A stretch of 64,000 nucleotides of DNA from contig OY970161.1 in NCBI GenBank assembly GCA_963706545.1, positions 3,954,105-4,018,104 on the forward strand, read 5' to 3'. Below, piece by piece: positions 39,802 to 51,470 of the stretch. Every line of letters starts with the position of its first letter. The stretch's first letter is position 1. Both the position numbers and the translations under genes were made by a program. Source of the stretch: an uncultured Solirubrobacterales bacterium. Its GTDB lineage: Bacteria > Actinomycetota > Thermoleophilia > Solirubrobacterales > Solirubrobacteraceae. Under the pieces are notes generated by a model, which worked only from the letters and a program-made list of their open reading frames with translations, was not told the origin of the DNA and did no database searches.

Positions 39802-41625
39802 ATGAGACGCACCGCCCGAGCAGCCCTCCTGATGCTCCTGATGACCGTCGCTGCTGCGGCGCTCGCAGGGTGCGGCTCCTCGAGCAGTCCCGGCACGAGC
39901 GCGAGCCCCGCGACAGTGACCCCGGCCTCGACACCGCTGTACCTCGACGCGGTGGTGCGCCCCGAAGGCAGCCTGAAGACGGACGCGACCTCGGCGGGGC
40001 GCACGCTCACGGGGCGCCAGAAACCGTTCGAAGGACTGCTGAAGCTGCTGGCGGGACCCACCGGCAAGACCCCCAACTACTCCAAGGAAGTCGAGCCGTG
40101 GCTGGGGCCCCACGCGGGGGTCTTCCTCAGCGCGGTCGATCTCGCCCGCGCCCAGGGCCTGCTAGGAGGAGAACTGCTCAAGAAAGCCCTCTCCGAAGGG
40201 CTCACTGGCGTGGAAGCGGCGCTGGTCGATCAGACGATCGCATCTGATCGTCGATCGTCCGGCCAGGGCGGGCTGTCCGCGGCGCTCAGTTCGAGCGGGG
40301 CCCAGGGGGCGCTGGTGCTCAACACCACCAACGTCAACGCGGCGCGCTCGTTCCTCGAAGCCCAGGCGCACAGTGCGGGCGCGCACAGCGAGAGCTACCG
40401 CGGCGTCACCTACCAGGTGTCCCCCGACGGGGTGGCCGAGGGGATCGTGCACCGCTTCGCGGTGATCGGCAGCGAAGCGGGGCTGAAGAGCGTGATCGAC
40501 ACGGCGGCCGGCGGCCCGTCGCTGGCGCAGGCGGCGCCCTACACAAAGCTGACCTCGACCGCCGAATCCGGAGCGCTTGCCAACGCCTACTTCAGCCCCG
40601 AAGAGCTCGCGCACTCCGCGAAGGCCGCCGGCAGCAGCGAAGAAGGATCGTCGATCCTGCCCCTGGTGGAGGGCCTGCTCAGCAACCCGGGCCAGCTGTA
40701 CCTGTCGGTGATCCCCAGCGCAGACTCGGTGGCGATCGACCTCGACACGCTGCCCTCGACTTCCTCGACGAGCGGATCGAGCTCGGCGGCGGGGGAATCG
40801 AGCTCCACCCACCCCTCTGACGAATCGAGCGGATCCGCCGCCGCCGGCTCCACGAGCGGAGCGCAGGTCCTGCGCGGGCTCCCCGGCAGCTCGTGGTTGG
40901 CGATCGGGTTCGGAGACTTCGGCAAGACGTTCGCTGGCAACACCCAGGGCCTGCACGCACTCGCCTCGCTGGCCTCGGGAGTGAGCCTCGGCAGCATCAG
41001 CTTCGGCGCTGCGTTCGCGCCGCTGAGCTCGCACGCGCTCAACGTGCAGCGCGACCTGCTGAGCTGGATGGGCGCGACCGGCGTCTACGTGAGTGGCAGC
41101 AGCGTGCTGAGCCTGCAGGCGGCGGTCGTCATCGACTCCAAGAATCCAGCGCGCTCACGTGAAGCGGTCGCCAAGTTCGCGCAGGCCTACCGCGAAGCGG
41201 GCGGGAGCACCTCCCCCACCTCCGTCCCGGGCACCGAAACGGCGGTGACCGTGAAGCTGCCCAACTTCCCCCTCACGCTGACGCTGGCCTACGGGCAGGG
41301 GAAGTTCGTGGCGGGGATCGGGTCGTCCTCGATCCAGGAAGCGCTCAAACCCCAGAGCACGCTGGCCGGCACCTCCAGCTACACCGCCGCTGCGAGCGCG
41401 CTCGGTCAGGGGATCCAGCCGAGCGCGCTGGTCGAAGTCCACACGCTCTCCGGTCTAATCGAATCGCTCGGGCTCAACCAGACCCCGGGCTTCTCGGGCT
41501 TCGCCTCGGCGGTCGCGCCGCTCAGCGCCATCGCCGTGGGCGGCGGGGAGTCGCTGCCCGGCGGCGTCACGCGGGCGCGCGTGGTGCTCGGGCTGCAGGC
41601 CCCGGAACAGCCGGCGTCCGGCTGA
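39802..41625 (+). CDS. Lipoprotein, DUF3352-like
   Basis: MRRTARAALL...ALAGC lipobox, PASTPLY, VEPWLG; TACGAT-N7-ATG start. Confidence 0.7.
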   Translation: MRRTARAALLMLLMTVAAAALAGCGSSSSPGTSASPATVTPASTPLYLDAVVRPEGSLKTDATSAGRTLTGRQKPFEGLLKLLAGPTGKTPNYSKEVEPWLGPHAGVFLSAVDLARAQGLLGGELLKKALSEGLTGVEAALVDQTIASDRRSSGQGGLSAALSSSGAQGALVLNTTNVNAARSFLEAQAHSAGAHSESYRGVTYQVSPDGVAEGIVHRFAVIGSEAGLKSVIDTAAGGPSLAQAAPYTKLTSTAESGALANAYFSPEELAHSAKAAGSSEEGSSILPLVEGLLSNPGQLYLSVIPSADSVAIDLDTLPSTSSTSGSSSAAGESSSTHPSDESSGSAAAGSTSGAQVLRGLPGSSWLAIGFGDFGKTFAGNTQGLHALASLASGVSLGSISFGAAFAPLSSHALNVQRDLLSWMGATGVYVSGSSVLSLQAAVVIDSKNPARSREAVAKFAQAYREAGGSTSPTSVPGTETAVTVKLPNFPLTLTLAYGQGKFVAGIGSSSIQEALKPQSTLAGTSSYTAAASALGQGIQPSALVEVHTLSGLIESLGLNQTPGFSGFASAVAPLSAIAVGGGESLPGGVTRARVVLGLQAPEQPASG

Positions 41626-43522
41626 CGCCCTCGGTCTCGATGATCACACGACAGGGGCGCTTGCCCAGCAGGTAGACCGCGGTCGGCCCGATGCGCCGCT
41701 CGCCGGCGGGGGCGTGGAGAGTCGACCAGTAGATCACGTCGGAGTGCAGCCGCTGGGCCTCCTGGACGAGCGCCGCGCCGGGGTTGCGCGTGCGGATCAG
41801 GCCGGTGTGGATCTTCAAGCCCGCGCGGCGCGCCTGGATGCGCGCGCTCTCCAGCACCGAGCGGCCCTGGGCCTCCTCCTCCTCGAGGCCCGCCTCCAAC
41901 GAGAGCTGGGAGGGGACGGGCAGCACGAACACCGCGTACAGCACCCCGTCCTCGCCGATCAGCTTGGCGGCGCTCGAGAGCGCAGTGGCGCTGACGTCCT
42001 CGCCGAAGATCGGCACCAGCGCGGTGCGGTAGCCGAGCTCCGCGAAGTCTGGGGGGCGCTCGGCGCGGGGCAGGCGGTAGGACTTGCGCGGGTCCAGGCC
42101 CTGACGTTTGCGGTAGTAGAAGTAGCCGCCCATCCCGAGCACCATCCAGGGGATGCCGACGATCTTCGCCTCGGTGTGCAGCACGGTCACCGCGACCCAC
42201 GCCGCGGCCGTACCGAGACCGCCGATCACGGCGGTCATCGGTATCTCGGCGCCTTTGATGCGCACCCCCCACGGGCTGCGGTAGGGGCGCTCGCGATCTG
42301 GGTCGCTGACGCGCAGCTTCACAATCGCCGCGTGCGCCGTCGTGAAGGAGAGCATCGCGCCGAACGAGTAGAGGTTGCCGAGCACTTCGGTGTTGCCGTA
42401 GAGGATCAGGGTGCCGGCCAGCAGCGAGAAGAAGACCAGCGTGAACCACGGCGTGCGGTACTTGGAGTGCAGTTTGGAGAACAACTGCGGCAGCTGGCGG
42501 TGCTCGGAGAGCGACCACGACAGGCGCGAGATCCCGATCATCCCGGCGTTGGTCGCGATGAACAGGATCGTCGCGGCGAGCAGCCCGAGGTAGTACGTGG
42601 CCAGTTTCAGCACCGTGCCGTGCAGCCCGAGGTGCTCGACCACGCCGAGCATCGGGTCGTTCTCGAAGAAGCCGCCGAGCGAGGTCGCGTACCCAGGTTT
42701 GGGGAACGACTGTTTGAGCTCGGCGCTGTAGCCGACGCCGTGGTGCACGACCGGCAACGCCGAGAGGGCGACCACCGAGATGCCCGCGTAGACCGCCAGC
42801 ACGGCGAGCACCACGAGGTTCACGGCTTTCGGCACCTGCCTGCCCGGGTCGGTGGACTCCTCGGCCATGTTGGCGACGGTCTCGATGCCCGTGTAGGCGA
42901 GCATCGCCAGCGACAGCGCGAAGATCAGTTCTTTCCAGGTAGGCACCGAGCCCAGGTGCACCTGGTGGACCAGCAGCGAGGGGTTCAGCACGAGCGCGAC
43001 CCCGAGGCAGACCAGCATGATCTGCGTGCTGAGGTCCACGATCGCCAGGACGAGGTTGAGCTTGGCCGACTCGCCGAGCCCGCGGATGTTCAGCCACGCC
43101 AGCACGGCGACCACGATCAGGCCCCCGAAGATGTCGTCCGGGTTGTGCTTGAGCGCGCCCAGGCCGGGGAACGCGCTCAGGTAGTGCGGGACGAAGAACG
43201 CGGAGATCGCGATCGTGAGGATGTAGTCGAGGCTCAGCGCCCAGCCGGCGAAGAACGAGACGACGTCGTCGAAGGCGTGGCGCGCGAACGACGAGGACCC
43301 GCCCGCTTCGGGGAACATCGAGGCGCCCTCGGCGTACGTTTTCGCGGTCAGCGCGAACAGGCCGCCGGCAAACAGGAAGACCAGCGGGGTGAGCCCCAGC
43401 GCGTGCGCGGCGACGAGCCCCAGCGCGTAGTAGATCGAGGAGCCGACGTTCCCGTAGGCGGTCGCGAACAGGCCGGGAACCCCGACCGACTTACGCAGTC
43501 CGTGCTCGCTCAGGCGCGCCAT
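41567..43522 (-). CDS. APC-family amino acid permease with a C-terminal universal stress protein domain
   Basis: GNVGSSIYYALG, YAEGASMFPEAGGS, AYTGIETVA, LYSFGAML; C-terminal alpha/beta Usp-like region ending PCRVII. Confidence 0.85.
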   Translation of the reverse strand: MARLSEHGLRKSVGVPGLFATAYGNVGSSIYYALGLVAAHALGLTPLVFLFAGGLFALTAKTYAEGASMFPEAGGSSSFARHAFDDVVSFFAGWALSLDYILTIAISAFFVPHYLSAFPGLGALKHNPDDIFGGLIVVAVLAWLNIRGLGESAKLNLVLAIVDLSTQIMLVCLGVALVLNPSLLVHQVHLGSVPTWKELIFALSLAMLAYTGIETVANMAEESTDPGRQVPKAVNLVVLAVLAVYAGISVVALSALPVVHHGVGYSAELKQSFPKPGYATSLGGFFENDPMLGVVEHLGLHGTVLKLATYYLGLLAATILFIATNAGMIGISRLSWSLSEHRQLPQLFSKLHSKYRTPWFTLVFFSLLAGTLILYGNTEVLGNLYSFGAMLSFTTAHAAIVKLRVSDPDRERPYRSPWGVRIKGAEIPMTAVIGGLGTAAAWVAVTVLHTEAKIVGIPWMVLGMGGYFYYRKRQGLDPRKSYRLPRAERPPDFAELGYRTALVPIFGEDVSATALSSAAKLIGEDGVLYAVFVLPVPSQLSLEAGLEEEEAQGRSVLESARIQARRAGLKIHTGLIRTRNPGAALVQEAQRLHSDVIYWSTLHAPAGERRIGPTAVYLLGKRPCRVIIETEGVSRTPAVPGPAARAPRAPA

Positions 43523-43644
43523 CAGCCCGGAGCGTATACGCGGACGGCCCGTGCAAGTTCCCATTCATGCCCCCCACGCAGGCAGGAGCCGGGCTTATGA
43601 TTGCGACGGCTCGGGACCCGACACGACCTCCCGGCACTTACGTC

Positions 43645-44130
43645 ATGGACAAGACACGCCGCGGAAACTACGACTCGGGAGAGGACTTCGTCCTCGAATA
43701 CGGGGAGCTGCGCTTCACCTTCAACGAGGAGGACTTCGCCGAGCGCTGCGAGCAGGCCGCGCTGAAGGTGGGCTTCGTCGGGGGCCGGCTCGGGGAGGAC
43801 GAGCTCGAAGACCTCGTCAACCTCGCGGTCAACGGCGAGATCCACGACCCGGCCTCGGCGCTGGGGGAACACGTCAACGAGTGCTGGGCCGAGCTGGTGG
43901 GTCCGGCGGAGCGCTCACTAGTGCACTGGTTGCGCCGCCTCGTATTCCGTGGCGCGTGGCTCGACCAGCGCGTCAACGAGGGCGAGCTCGGCGTGGCCTT
44001 CGTCGAGGAGACCTGCAGCTTCGCCTACGTGCAGCCCGCCGGCGGACGCGATGGCGATCCATCCCGCGGTGGCGAGCCGATCGAGCTCTCGCCCGAGCCC
44101 TCCTGGGGCCGCGTGGCCTACCGGCGCTGA
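43645..44130 (+). CDS. Hypothetical acidic protein
   Basis: Open frame with genome-typical codon use and a TATGAT -10 box upstream; start could be 43567. No family recognised. Confidence 0.7.
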   Translation: MDKTRRGNYDSGEDFVLEYGELRFTFNEEDFAERCEQAALKVGFVGGRLGEDELEDLVNLAVNGEIHDPASALGEHVNECWAELVGPAERSLVHWLRRLVFRGAWLDQRVNEGELGVAFVEETCSFAYVQPAGGRDGDPSRGGEPIELSPEPSWGRVAYRR

Positions 44131-44131
44131 G

Positions 44132-45424
44132 TCAGCCGGCTACAGCGGCGGCGCGGGCCTCGGTGATCGCGCGGGCGCCGTCCTCCCCGACGAGCAGCTC
44201 GGGGCGCACGGCGCCGCTGCTGGCGAGGTCGAGCGCCGGCAGGCGCCCGGTGGAGGTCAGCGTGACGTCGAGCGCGATCACGGTGCTCTCGCCCCCAAAC
44301 GGGCGGGCCGCTGTGGCGATCACCGTCAGCGAGCCCCCCTCGGCGAGGTTGCGGGCGCCGGCGAGGACCCTGCGTGCCGCGTGGGGGTGCAGGCCGTCGA
44401 GCGAGTCGACCACCACCACCACGTCCCCACCGCGGGCGGCAACGCGCTTGGCGGTGTCCACGACGTGTTCCACGGTCTGACCCTGAAGGTCGGCGGAGGC
44501 CGCGAGGTCGAGCGCCGCGGCGGGCGCCACAGGCCCCTCGCGCCAGGCCGCAATCTCCTCGGGACGGACGCCCGCGAGCACGAGCATCACCTCCAAGCCC
44601 TCGCGCCCGGCCAGAGCACCAAGCAGACGCCGCAGGGTCTCGGTCTTGCCGGAGCGGGCCGCCCCCACGATCGCCACGCGCGAGCCGCGGCCGATCGGGG
44701 TGAGCCATTCGATCGCCTTCAACGTGGGGTCCTCGGCGTCGAGCTCGAGGCGCTCGCTCGGGTAGGCGGCGGCGAGGTCCTCGTAGCGGGTGCCCTCCGC
44801 CACAGACTCCGCGGAGGCGCCGTTGATCGTGTCCACGCGCGCCAGCGAGGGGTAGCGCTCGGACTGGCGCGGCGTGCGCAGCGGGCCGCTCACGCGGTCC
44901 CCGGAGACCAGTTCGCAGCGGCGCACCTGCGCGGCGGAGATGTAGAGGTCCTCGTCAGAGGCCTCCGGCGGAGAGACGCGCAGGAAGGCGGAGCCGTTGC
45001 CGAGCAGCTCGACCACGCCCTCGACGACGCGTTCCTCGCGACTCTCGCCGCCACGGGCGCCCCGCTCTGCAGGGCGTCGGGCGGGCTCCTCCTTGGCCGC
45101 TCGCTGCTCGGCGTCCGGCTCCTGCTCCTCGGCGGACGCTTTGCCCCGGCGTGTACGCGTGGGACGCCGCGGGCGCACGGTGCGCCGGCCGGACTCCGGC
45201 TCCGAGCGGTCGGACTCCTCCCCAGGCTCCTCCGCGGGCGCAGCGGACGCTCCGCGGTCTCCGTCGGCCTGCGTGCCTCCGTCGGCGCCGGAGCGCTCGA
45301 GGATCGCGTCAACCAGCTCCGCCTTGCGCAGACGGCGGAAGCCGTCGAGGCCGAGCTGATCGGCGATCGCGTGCAGGTCTGAGAGCGAGCTCGCGTCAAG
45401 CTCGGAGTGCTCGAGTACAGCCAT
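44132..45424 (-). CDS. Rho-like protein with an intact RNA-binding module and a degenerate ATPase/translocase domain
   Basis: LSDLHAIA N-terminal bundle, EGVVELLGNGSAFLR / DLYIS..QVRR OB-fold, PIGRGSR, GAARSGKT, VRPEE, VVDS, ARNLAEGGSLTVIAT; SD ggggagg. Confidence 0.88.
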   Translation of the reverse strand: MAVLEHSELDASSLSDLHAIADQLGLDGFRRLRKAELVDAILERSGADGGTQADGDRGASAAPAEEPGEESDRSEPESGRRTVRPRRPTRTRRGKASAEEQEPDAEQRAAKEEPARRPAERGARGGESREERVVEGVVELLGNGSAFLRVSPPEASDEDLYISAAQVRRCELVSGDRVSGPLRTPRQSERYPSLARVDTINGASAESVAEGTRYEDLAAAYPSERLELDAEDPTLKAIEWLTPIGRGSRVAIVGAARSGKTETLRRLLGALAGREGLEVMLVLAGVRPEEIAAWREGPVAPAAALDLAASADLQGQTVEHVVDTAKRVAARGGDVVVVVDSLDGLHPHAARRVLAGARNLAEGGSLTVIATAARPFGGESTVIALDVTLTSTGRLPALDLASSGAVRPELLVGEDGARAITEARAAAVAG

Positions 45425-45547
45425 GGTGGTCCTCCCCTTGTCGGTGTGTGTGGGCGGTTGGCGTCCGGTCGCGTTGGCCAGCGGCCGGCACCCGTGAGGC
45501 ATGGGCCTCAGTGCACAGGGCAGCTTACGGCATACCGCACGACGCCC

Positions 45548-46501
45548 TCAGGCCCTGTCGTGTCTCAGTTCCTCGGCGAGGACGAGATCCCTCTGCGGAG
45601 CACCCGCGAGGCCCGACAGCGCGGCGCGCACGGCGAGGAAGTCCGCGGCGGCGGCCACGTCGTGCAAGCGGAAGATGTGCGCGCCGGCGTCGAGCCCGTG
45701 CGCGAGCGCGGCAAGGGTGCCGGCGAGCCGCTCGCGGGGAGGGCGACCGGTGAGCGCGCCGAGGAAGTCCTTGCGGGAGATCGCCCACAGCAGCGGCAGC
45801 CCGAGCTCGTGCAGGCACTCGGCACGGGAGAGCAGCTCGATCGTCTGGGCGGGAGTCTTGGCGAAGTCTGGCCCGGGGTCGAGGATCAACTGCTCGCGCT
45901 CGACGCCGGCGTCCAGCGCCACCGCGACGCGGGCCCGCAGGAAGGCCAGCACCTCCGCGAGCACGTCCGCGTAGAGGTCGGGGTCCTGGCGGCGCACGCG
46001 GGGGGCGGCAGCGGTGTGCATCACCACCAGCGCGGCCCCCGTCTCGGCGCAGACCTCGGCGAGCGCGGGGTCGCGCAGGCCAGAGACGTCGTTGACGATC
46101 CGCGCGCCGGCGGCGATCGCCGCGCGGGCGACGGCGGGCTTGTAGGTGTCCACGGAGACCACCACGGGGTGGACGGTGTCCTCGTGGGAGAGGTCCGAGT
46201 GGGTTCGATCCGAATCCGAGTCGAGCTCCGCGACGACGCGCTCGATCAGCGACACGACGCGCTCGATCTCCTCCTGCGCCGGCACGGGCGGGCGCCCGGT
46301 GGTGGCCGACTCCCCCCCGATGTCGATGATGTCGGCGCCGGCGGCCACAAGCTCCCGCGCGAGGTCCACGCGCTCCTCCAGGCTCCCGTAGCGCCCGCCA
46401 TCGGAGAAGGAGTCGGGCGAAGCGTTGACGACCCCCATCAGCCAGGGGCGCGCGCCGAGCTCGAGCACGCGATCGACTGCGCGCACGCGGTACCGTCTCA
46501 C
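45548..46501 (-). CDS. folP: Dihydropteroate synthase
   Basis: LMGVVNASPDSFSDGG, IIDIGGESA, SVDTYK, ILDPGPDFAK, ISRKDF, FRLHDV. Confidence 0.95.
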   Translation of the reverse strand: MRRYRVRAVDRVLELGARPWLMGVVNASPDSFSDGGRYGSLEERVDLARELVAAGADIIDIGGESATTGRPPVPAQEEIERVVSLIERVVAELDSDSDRTHSDLSHEDTVHPVVVSVDTYKPAVARAAIAAGARIVNDVSGLRDPALAEVCAETGAALVVMHTAAAPRVRRQDPDLYADVLAEVLAFLRARVAVALDAGVEREQLILDPGPDFAKTPAQTIELLSRAECLHELGLPLLWAISRKDFLGALTGRPPRERLAGTLAALAHGLDAGAHIFRLHDVAAAADFLAVRAALSGLAGAPQRDLVLAEELRHDRA

Positions 46502-48180
46502 GCGCCCTGCAGCCCCTCGGCGTGGGCCTCCTCGGCGAAGCGCTCGACCTCCTCGTGCGTGCGCTGCTCGCTCCAGCCCAGCTCGCCCGCGAGCACGTCG
46601 GCGACACGGCTCACCGGGCTGCCCGACCCGCCCTCCCCCGCACCGCCGTCGCTCAGCTCCCGCGCAGCCAGCAGCCCGAGGCGGGTGCGGCGCAGGAGCA
46701 CGTCCCCCACCGAGCGCGCCTGCTCGCGGCGGGCGGCGAGGGCAGCCTCGGCGAGCAGGTCGGGCAGGCCGGGGAGGATCGGCTGGGCCAGCTCACCACG
46801 GGCGCCCGCGAGCGCGAGCACGTCGTGGGCGGCGTACCCGTAGCGGGCGGCCAGCGCCGCGTAGGACTCCTCGGGCACGCCCTCCACGCGCTCGAGCTCC
46901 CCCGCCGCGACGGCCTGCCCGAGCGGGATTTCGTGCGTGCGGCAGGGCGCCTCGCGCGCGTCGCGCTCCACGAGACGGTCCACGGTCAGCTTCGCCATCC
47001 GCCGCCACGTGGTGAGCTTGCCCCCGGTGATTGTGATCATGCCGCTGGAGGTCTCGTACAGCTCGGCCTTGCGGGAGATGTCCACCGACTTGCGCGGGTC
47101 GCCGCTGGAGATCAGCGGCCGCACCCCGGCGTAGGCGCCGGTGAGGTCCTCGGGCCCCAGCGAGGTGGCGAAGAAGGTGTTGACGGCGTCCAGCAGGTAG
47201 GCGACGTCCTCCGCGGAGGGGCGTACGTGGGCGAGGTCGCCCTCGTAGTCGTTGTCGGTCGTGCCCACCAGCGTGCGACCCAACCAGGGCAGTGCGAAGA
47301 TCGAGCGGCCCTCTCCTGCGGGCACAATCGCCCCGCCCACCAGCGGTACGTCCTCGCGGCTGAGTGTGATGTGGGTGCCGCGGCTCGGCCTGATGCGCGG
47401 CAGCTCGGCCTCGTCGTGGAGCTCCTGCGGACGCAGCTCGTCGGCCCACACCCCGGTCGCGTTCACCACGCTCGCGGCGCGTACCACGAACTCCCCTCCC
47501 CCCTCCCGATCCAGCGCCCGCACGCCCTGAGCGCGACCGTCGCCTTCGAGCAGGCCGACGGCCGCCACGCGGTTGGCGCACACCGCCCCGAAGCGCTCGG
47601 CCTCCCCGAGCACGGTCAGGACCAGGCGCACGTCGTCGGTCTGGCAGTCGTAGAAGAGGTAGCCGCCGGTCGGCTCGCGCGGGGCGAGCGCGGGCAGCAG
47701 CTCGAGCACCTCAACGCCTGAGATCATGCGGTGGCGCTCGGGGCTCCACGCGCGCTCCGCTCCCGATGATCCGTCCCCGCGACGTCCGCGCCGGCGTCCT
47801 CGCTCGACCGACATCACGTCGTAGAGGTTCAGCCCCACCCCCATCAGGCGGTCCGGGCGGGCGCCTTCGAAGGCGGGTACCACCAGCGGCAGCGGGTGCA
47901 CGAGGTGCGGCGCGAGCGACACCATCAGCTGGCGCTCCAGCAGCGCCTCGCGCACCAGGCCCAGGTCGAAGTTCTGCAGGTAGCGCAGGCCGCCGTGCAC
48001 GAGCTTGGAGGAGCGGCTGGAGGTCCCCGCGGCGTAGTCGGCACGCTCGAGCAGCGCTACTGAGTAGCCGCGCGTGGAGGCGTCCAGCGCGACCCCCGCG
48101 CCGGTGATGCCGCCGCCGATCACCACCACGTCGAACTCGTTGCCCGCCAGCGCCTGGAGAGCCTGGTCGCGCTCGATCAC
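46498..48180 (-). CDS. glpD: FAD-dependent glycerol-3-phosphate dehydrogenase
   Basis: VIGGGITGAG, GTSSRSSKLVHGGLRYL, VNATGVWAD, AYAGVRPL, ITGGKLTTWR. Confidence 0.93.
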   Translation of the reverse strand: MIERDQALQALAGNEFDVVVIGGGITGAGVALDASTRGYSVALLERADYAAGTSSRSSKLVHGGLRYLQNFDLGLVREALLERQLMVSLAPHLVHPLPLVVPAFEGARPDRLMGVGLNLYDVMSVERGRRRGRRGDGSSGAERAWSPERHRMISGVEVLELLPALAPREPTGGYLFYDCQTDDVRLVLTVLGEAERFGAVCANRVAAVGLLEGDGRAQGVRALDREGGGEFVVRAASVVNATGVWADELRPQELHDEAELPRIRPSRGTHITLSREDVPLVGGAIVPAGEGRSIFALPWLGRTLVGTTDNDYEGDLAHVRPSAEDVAYLLDAVNTFFATSLGPEDLTGAYAGVRPLISSGDPRKSVDISRKAELYETSSGMITITGGKLTTWRRMAKLTVDRLVERDAREAPCRTHEIPLGQAVAAGELERVEGVPEESYAALAARYGYAAHDVLALAGARGELAQPILPGLPDLLAEAALAARREQARSVGDVLLRRTRLGLLAARELSDGGAGEGGSGSPVSRVADVLAGELGWSEQRTHEEVERFAEEAHAEGLQGA

Positions 48181-48272
48181 GACCGCCAGTCTCGCAGAGC
48201 CCCCGGAGGTTCAGGGCCTCGCAGCAGCCGCAGGTGTCAGACCCCGCAGCAGCAGGTGCAGCGGCGGGCGTG

Positions 48273-49381
48273 TCAGGCCTTGCAGCGGCGGGTGCGCCCG
48301 GAGTGCCGGCGGGCGTGGCCTGAGTGCCCGCCGCGCACGGTCTTCGGGCAGAGGCCGCGGTGGACCCCTCCCGCCGAGGCGAGCGGGGAGCCCGCGTTCA
48401 GGAAGCTCGCGACCGCGGGGTCCGCGACACGCACGTACACCCCGGGGTAGCCCGCTTGCGCGCAGCCGTTGCCGAAGTCCACGAGCCCCAGGAGCACGTC
48501 ACCCGTCGGCGAGGCCTGGCCGGCCGCGCCCGGGGCCACCAGCGGCCCGCCGGAGTCCCCGTAGCAGGAGTCCGGGCCTCCGGGTCCTCCCGGCTGCCCG
48601 CCCCCCGCGCAGAGCATCCGCGGCGTGATCGTCTGTTCGATCGTGGCGTACGCTTCTTCGCAGAGCCCCGTCGGCACGAGCGGCACGGCCACCTTGTGCA
48701 GGCGCAGCGGGTAGGCAGGAGCCCCACCCGGCTCGGGGTTCAGGTCCCCCCAGCCGCTGACCACCGCCGGCGTCGCGGCGGAGGTCGCCTGGCCGGCGGA
48801 CGTCGCCGTGGACCGCAGCGTGGCGAGCGCGGTTTCGGACCCCGCCCACCCCAGCGGAGCGATTGCGTCGCTGCCGTCCGGCACCGGCGCCGCGCCGCTC
48901 CACAGGGGACGTGCCAGTCGCAGCACCCCTACGTCGTAGTCGCTCGTGGAGGGGTTGTAAGCCGGATCGGCAGTCGCCGACACCACCGGATCCTGCACGC
49001 TCCCGGGGTCGGTCGGTTCGAGGTAGGTGGAGCCCGCGAGTACCTCGATTTCGCCGGGCGGGCTGCGTTGGCCCCGTTCGCCGATCAGGCAGTGCGCCGC
49101 AGTCGCCACGCTCCGTGGCCCGAGGATCACCCCGCCGCAGAAGAAGCCCTTCGCGGGCGACCCCGCGCGCGGGTTGTATAGGGCGACCTGGAAGGGGAAT
49201 TCGTCGATCGACGCATCCGTGCCATCGACGATGCTCGCGTTGGCAACCGGACCGCCCTGAGCCCGCAGAGGACTCCCCTGCGCGAGCGTCGGGCCGACCG
49301 CACCCACTCCCAAGACCCAAATGACGGTGGCCACCGCCTCCGCAGCGTAGACACGCCGGAGTGCGGTACCAAGACCGTTCA
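48273..49381 (-). CDS. Secreted trypsin-like (S1) serine protease; start uncertain
   Basis: FFCGG, TAAHC (His), DYDVGVL (Asp), GDSGGP (Ser), GYPGVYVRV. Confidence 0.9.
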
Positions 49382-49563
49382 TTCCTCTCAGTTGAGAGTA
49401 GAGTACATTGACGAAACGCGCAACCCCGGCGATGGAAGAAACCCGTAGATCGGAGCGCGGCCGCCGAGCGAGGGCTCTCACTCACATTGAGTCAGCGATA
49501 CGCGACTGTCCGCGATCCGGGCGGGCTACCCCGCCGGGACCGTAGTTCCCCCTCGCCGGGCGC

Positions 49564-51083
<1,520 letters not shown>

Positions 51084-51087
<4 letters not shown>

Positions 51088-51470
51088 AAGCCTCCTCCCT
51101 CTGCGCCGTCGGCTCCTACGCTCTCTTTGGCAGCACTGCCGCCGCCCCCGGGCTCACCCTCCGCTTTCGCCGGCGGCTTGGGCTTGGACTTGAACATCTC
51201 CAGCATCCTGTCGGTCACGAGGAAGCCACCGACGATGTTGATCGTGCCGAACGCCACCGCGATCACCAGCAGCGCCTTGCTCAAGCCGTCGAGTCCCGGG
51301 AAGCCGAGCAGGATCAGGCCGCCGAGCAGCACGATGCCGTGGATCGCGTTGGTGCCCGACATCAGCGGGGTGTGCAGGGTGTTGGGGACCTTGGAGATCA
51401 CCACGAACCCGATGAAGCCCGCGAGCACGAGGATCGCGAGGTTGGTTGTGAGGACGCTCGCGAGGATCAC
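51084..51470 (-). CDS. pntAb: NAD(P) transhydrogenase alpha subunit, membrane part
   Basis: VPNTLHTPLMSGTNAIHG, INIVGGFLVTDRMLEMF. Confidence 0.95.
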
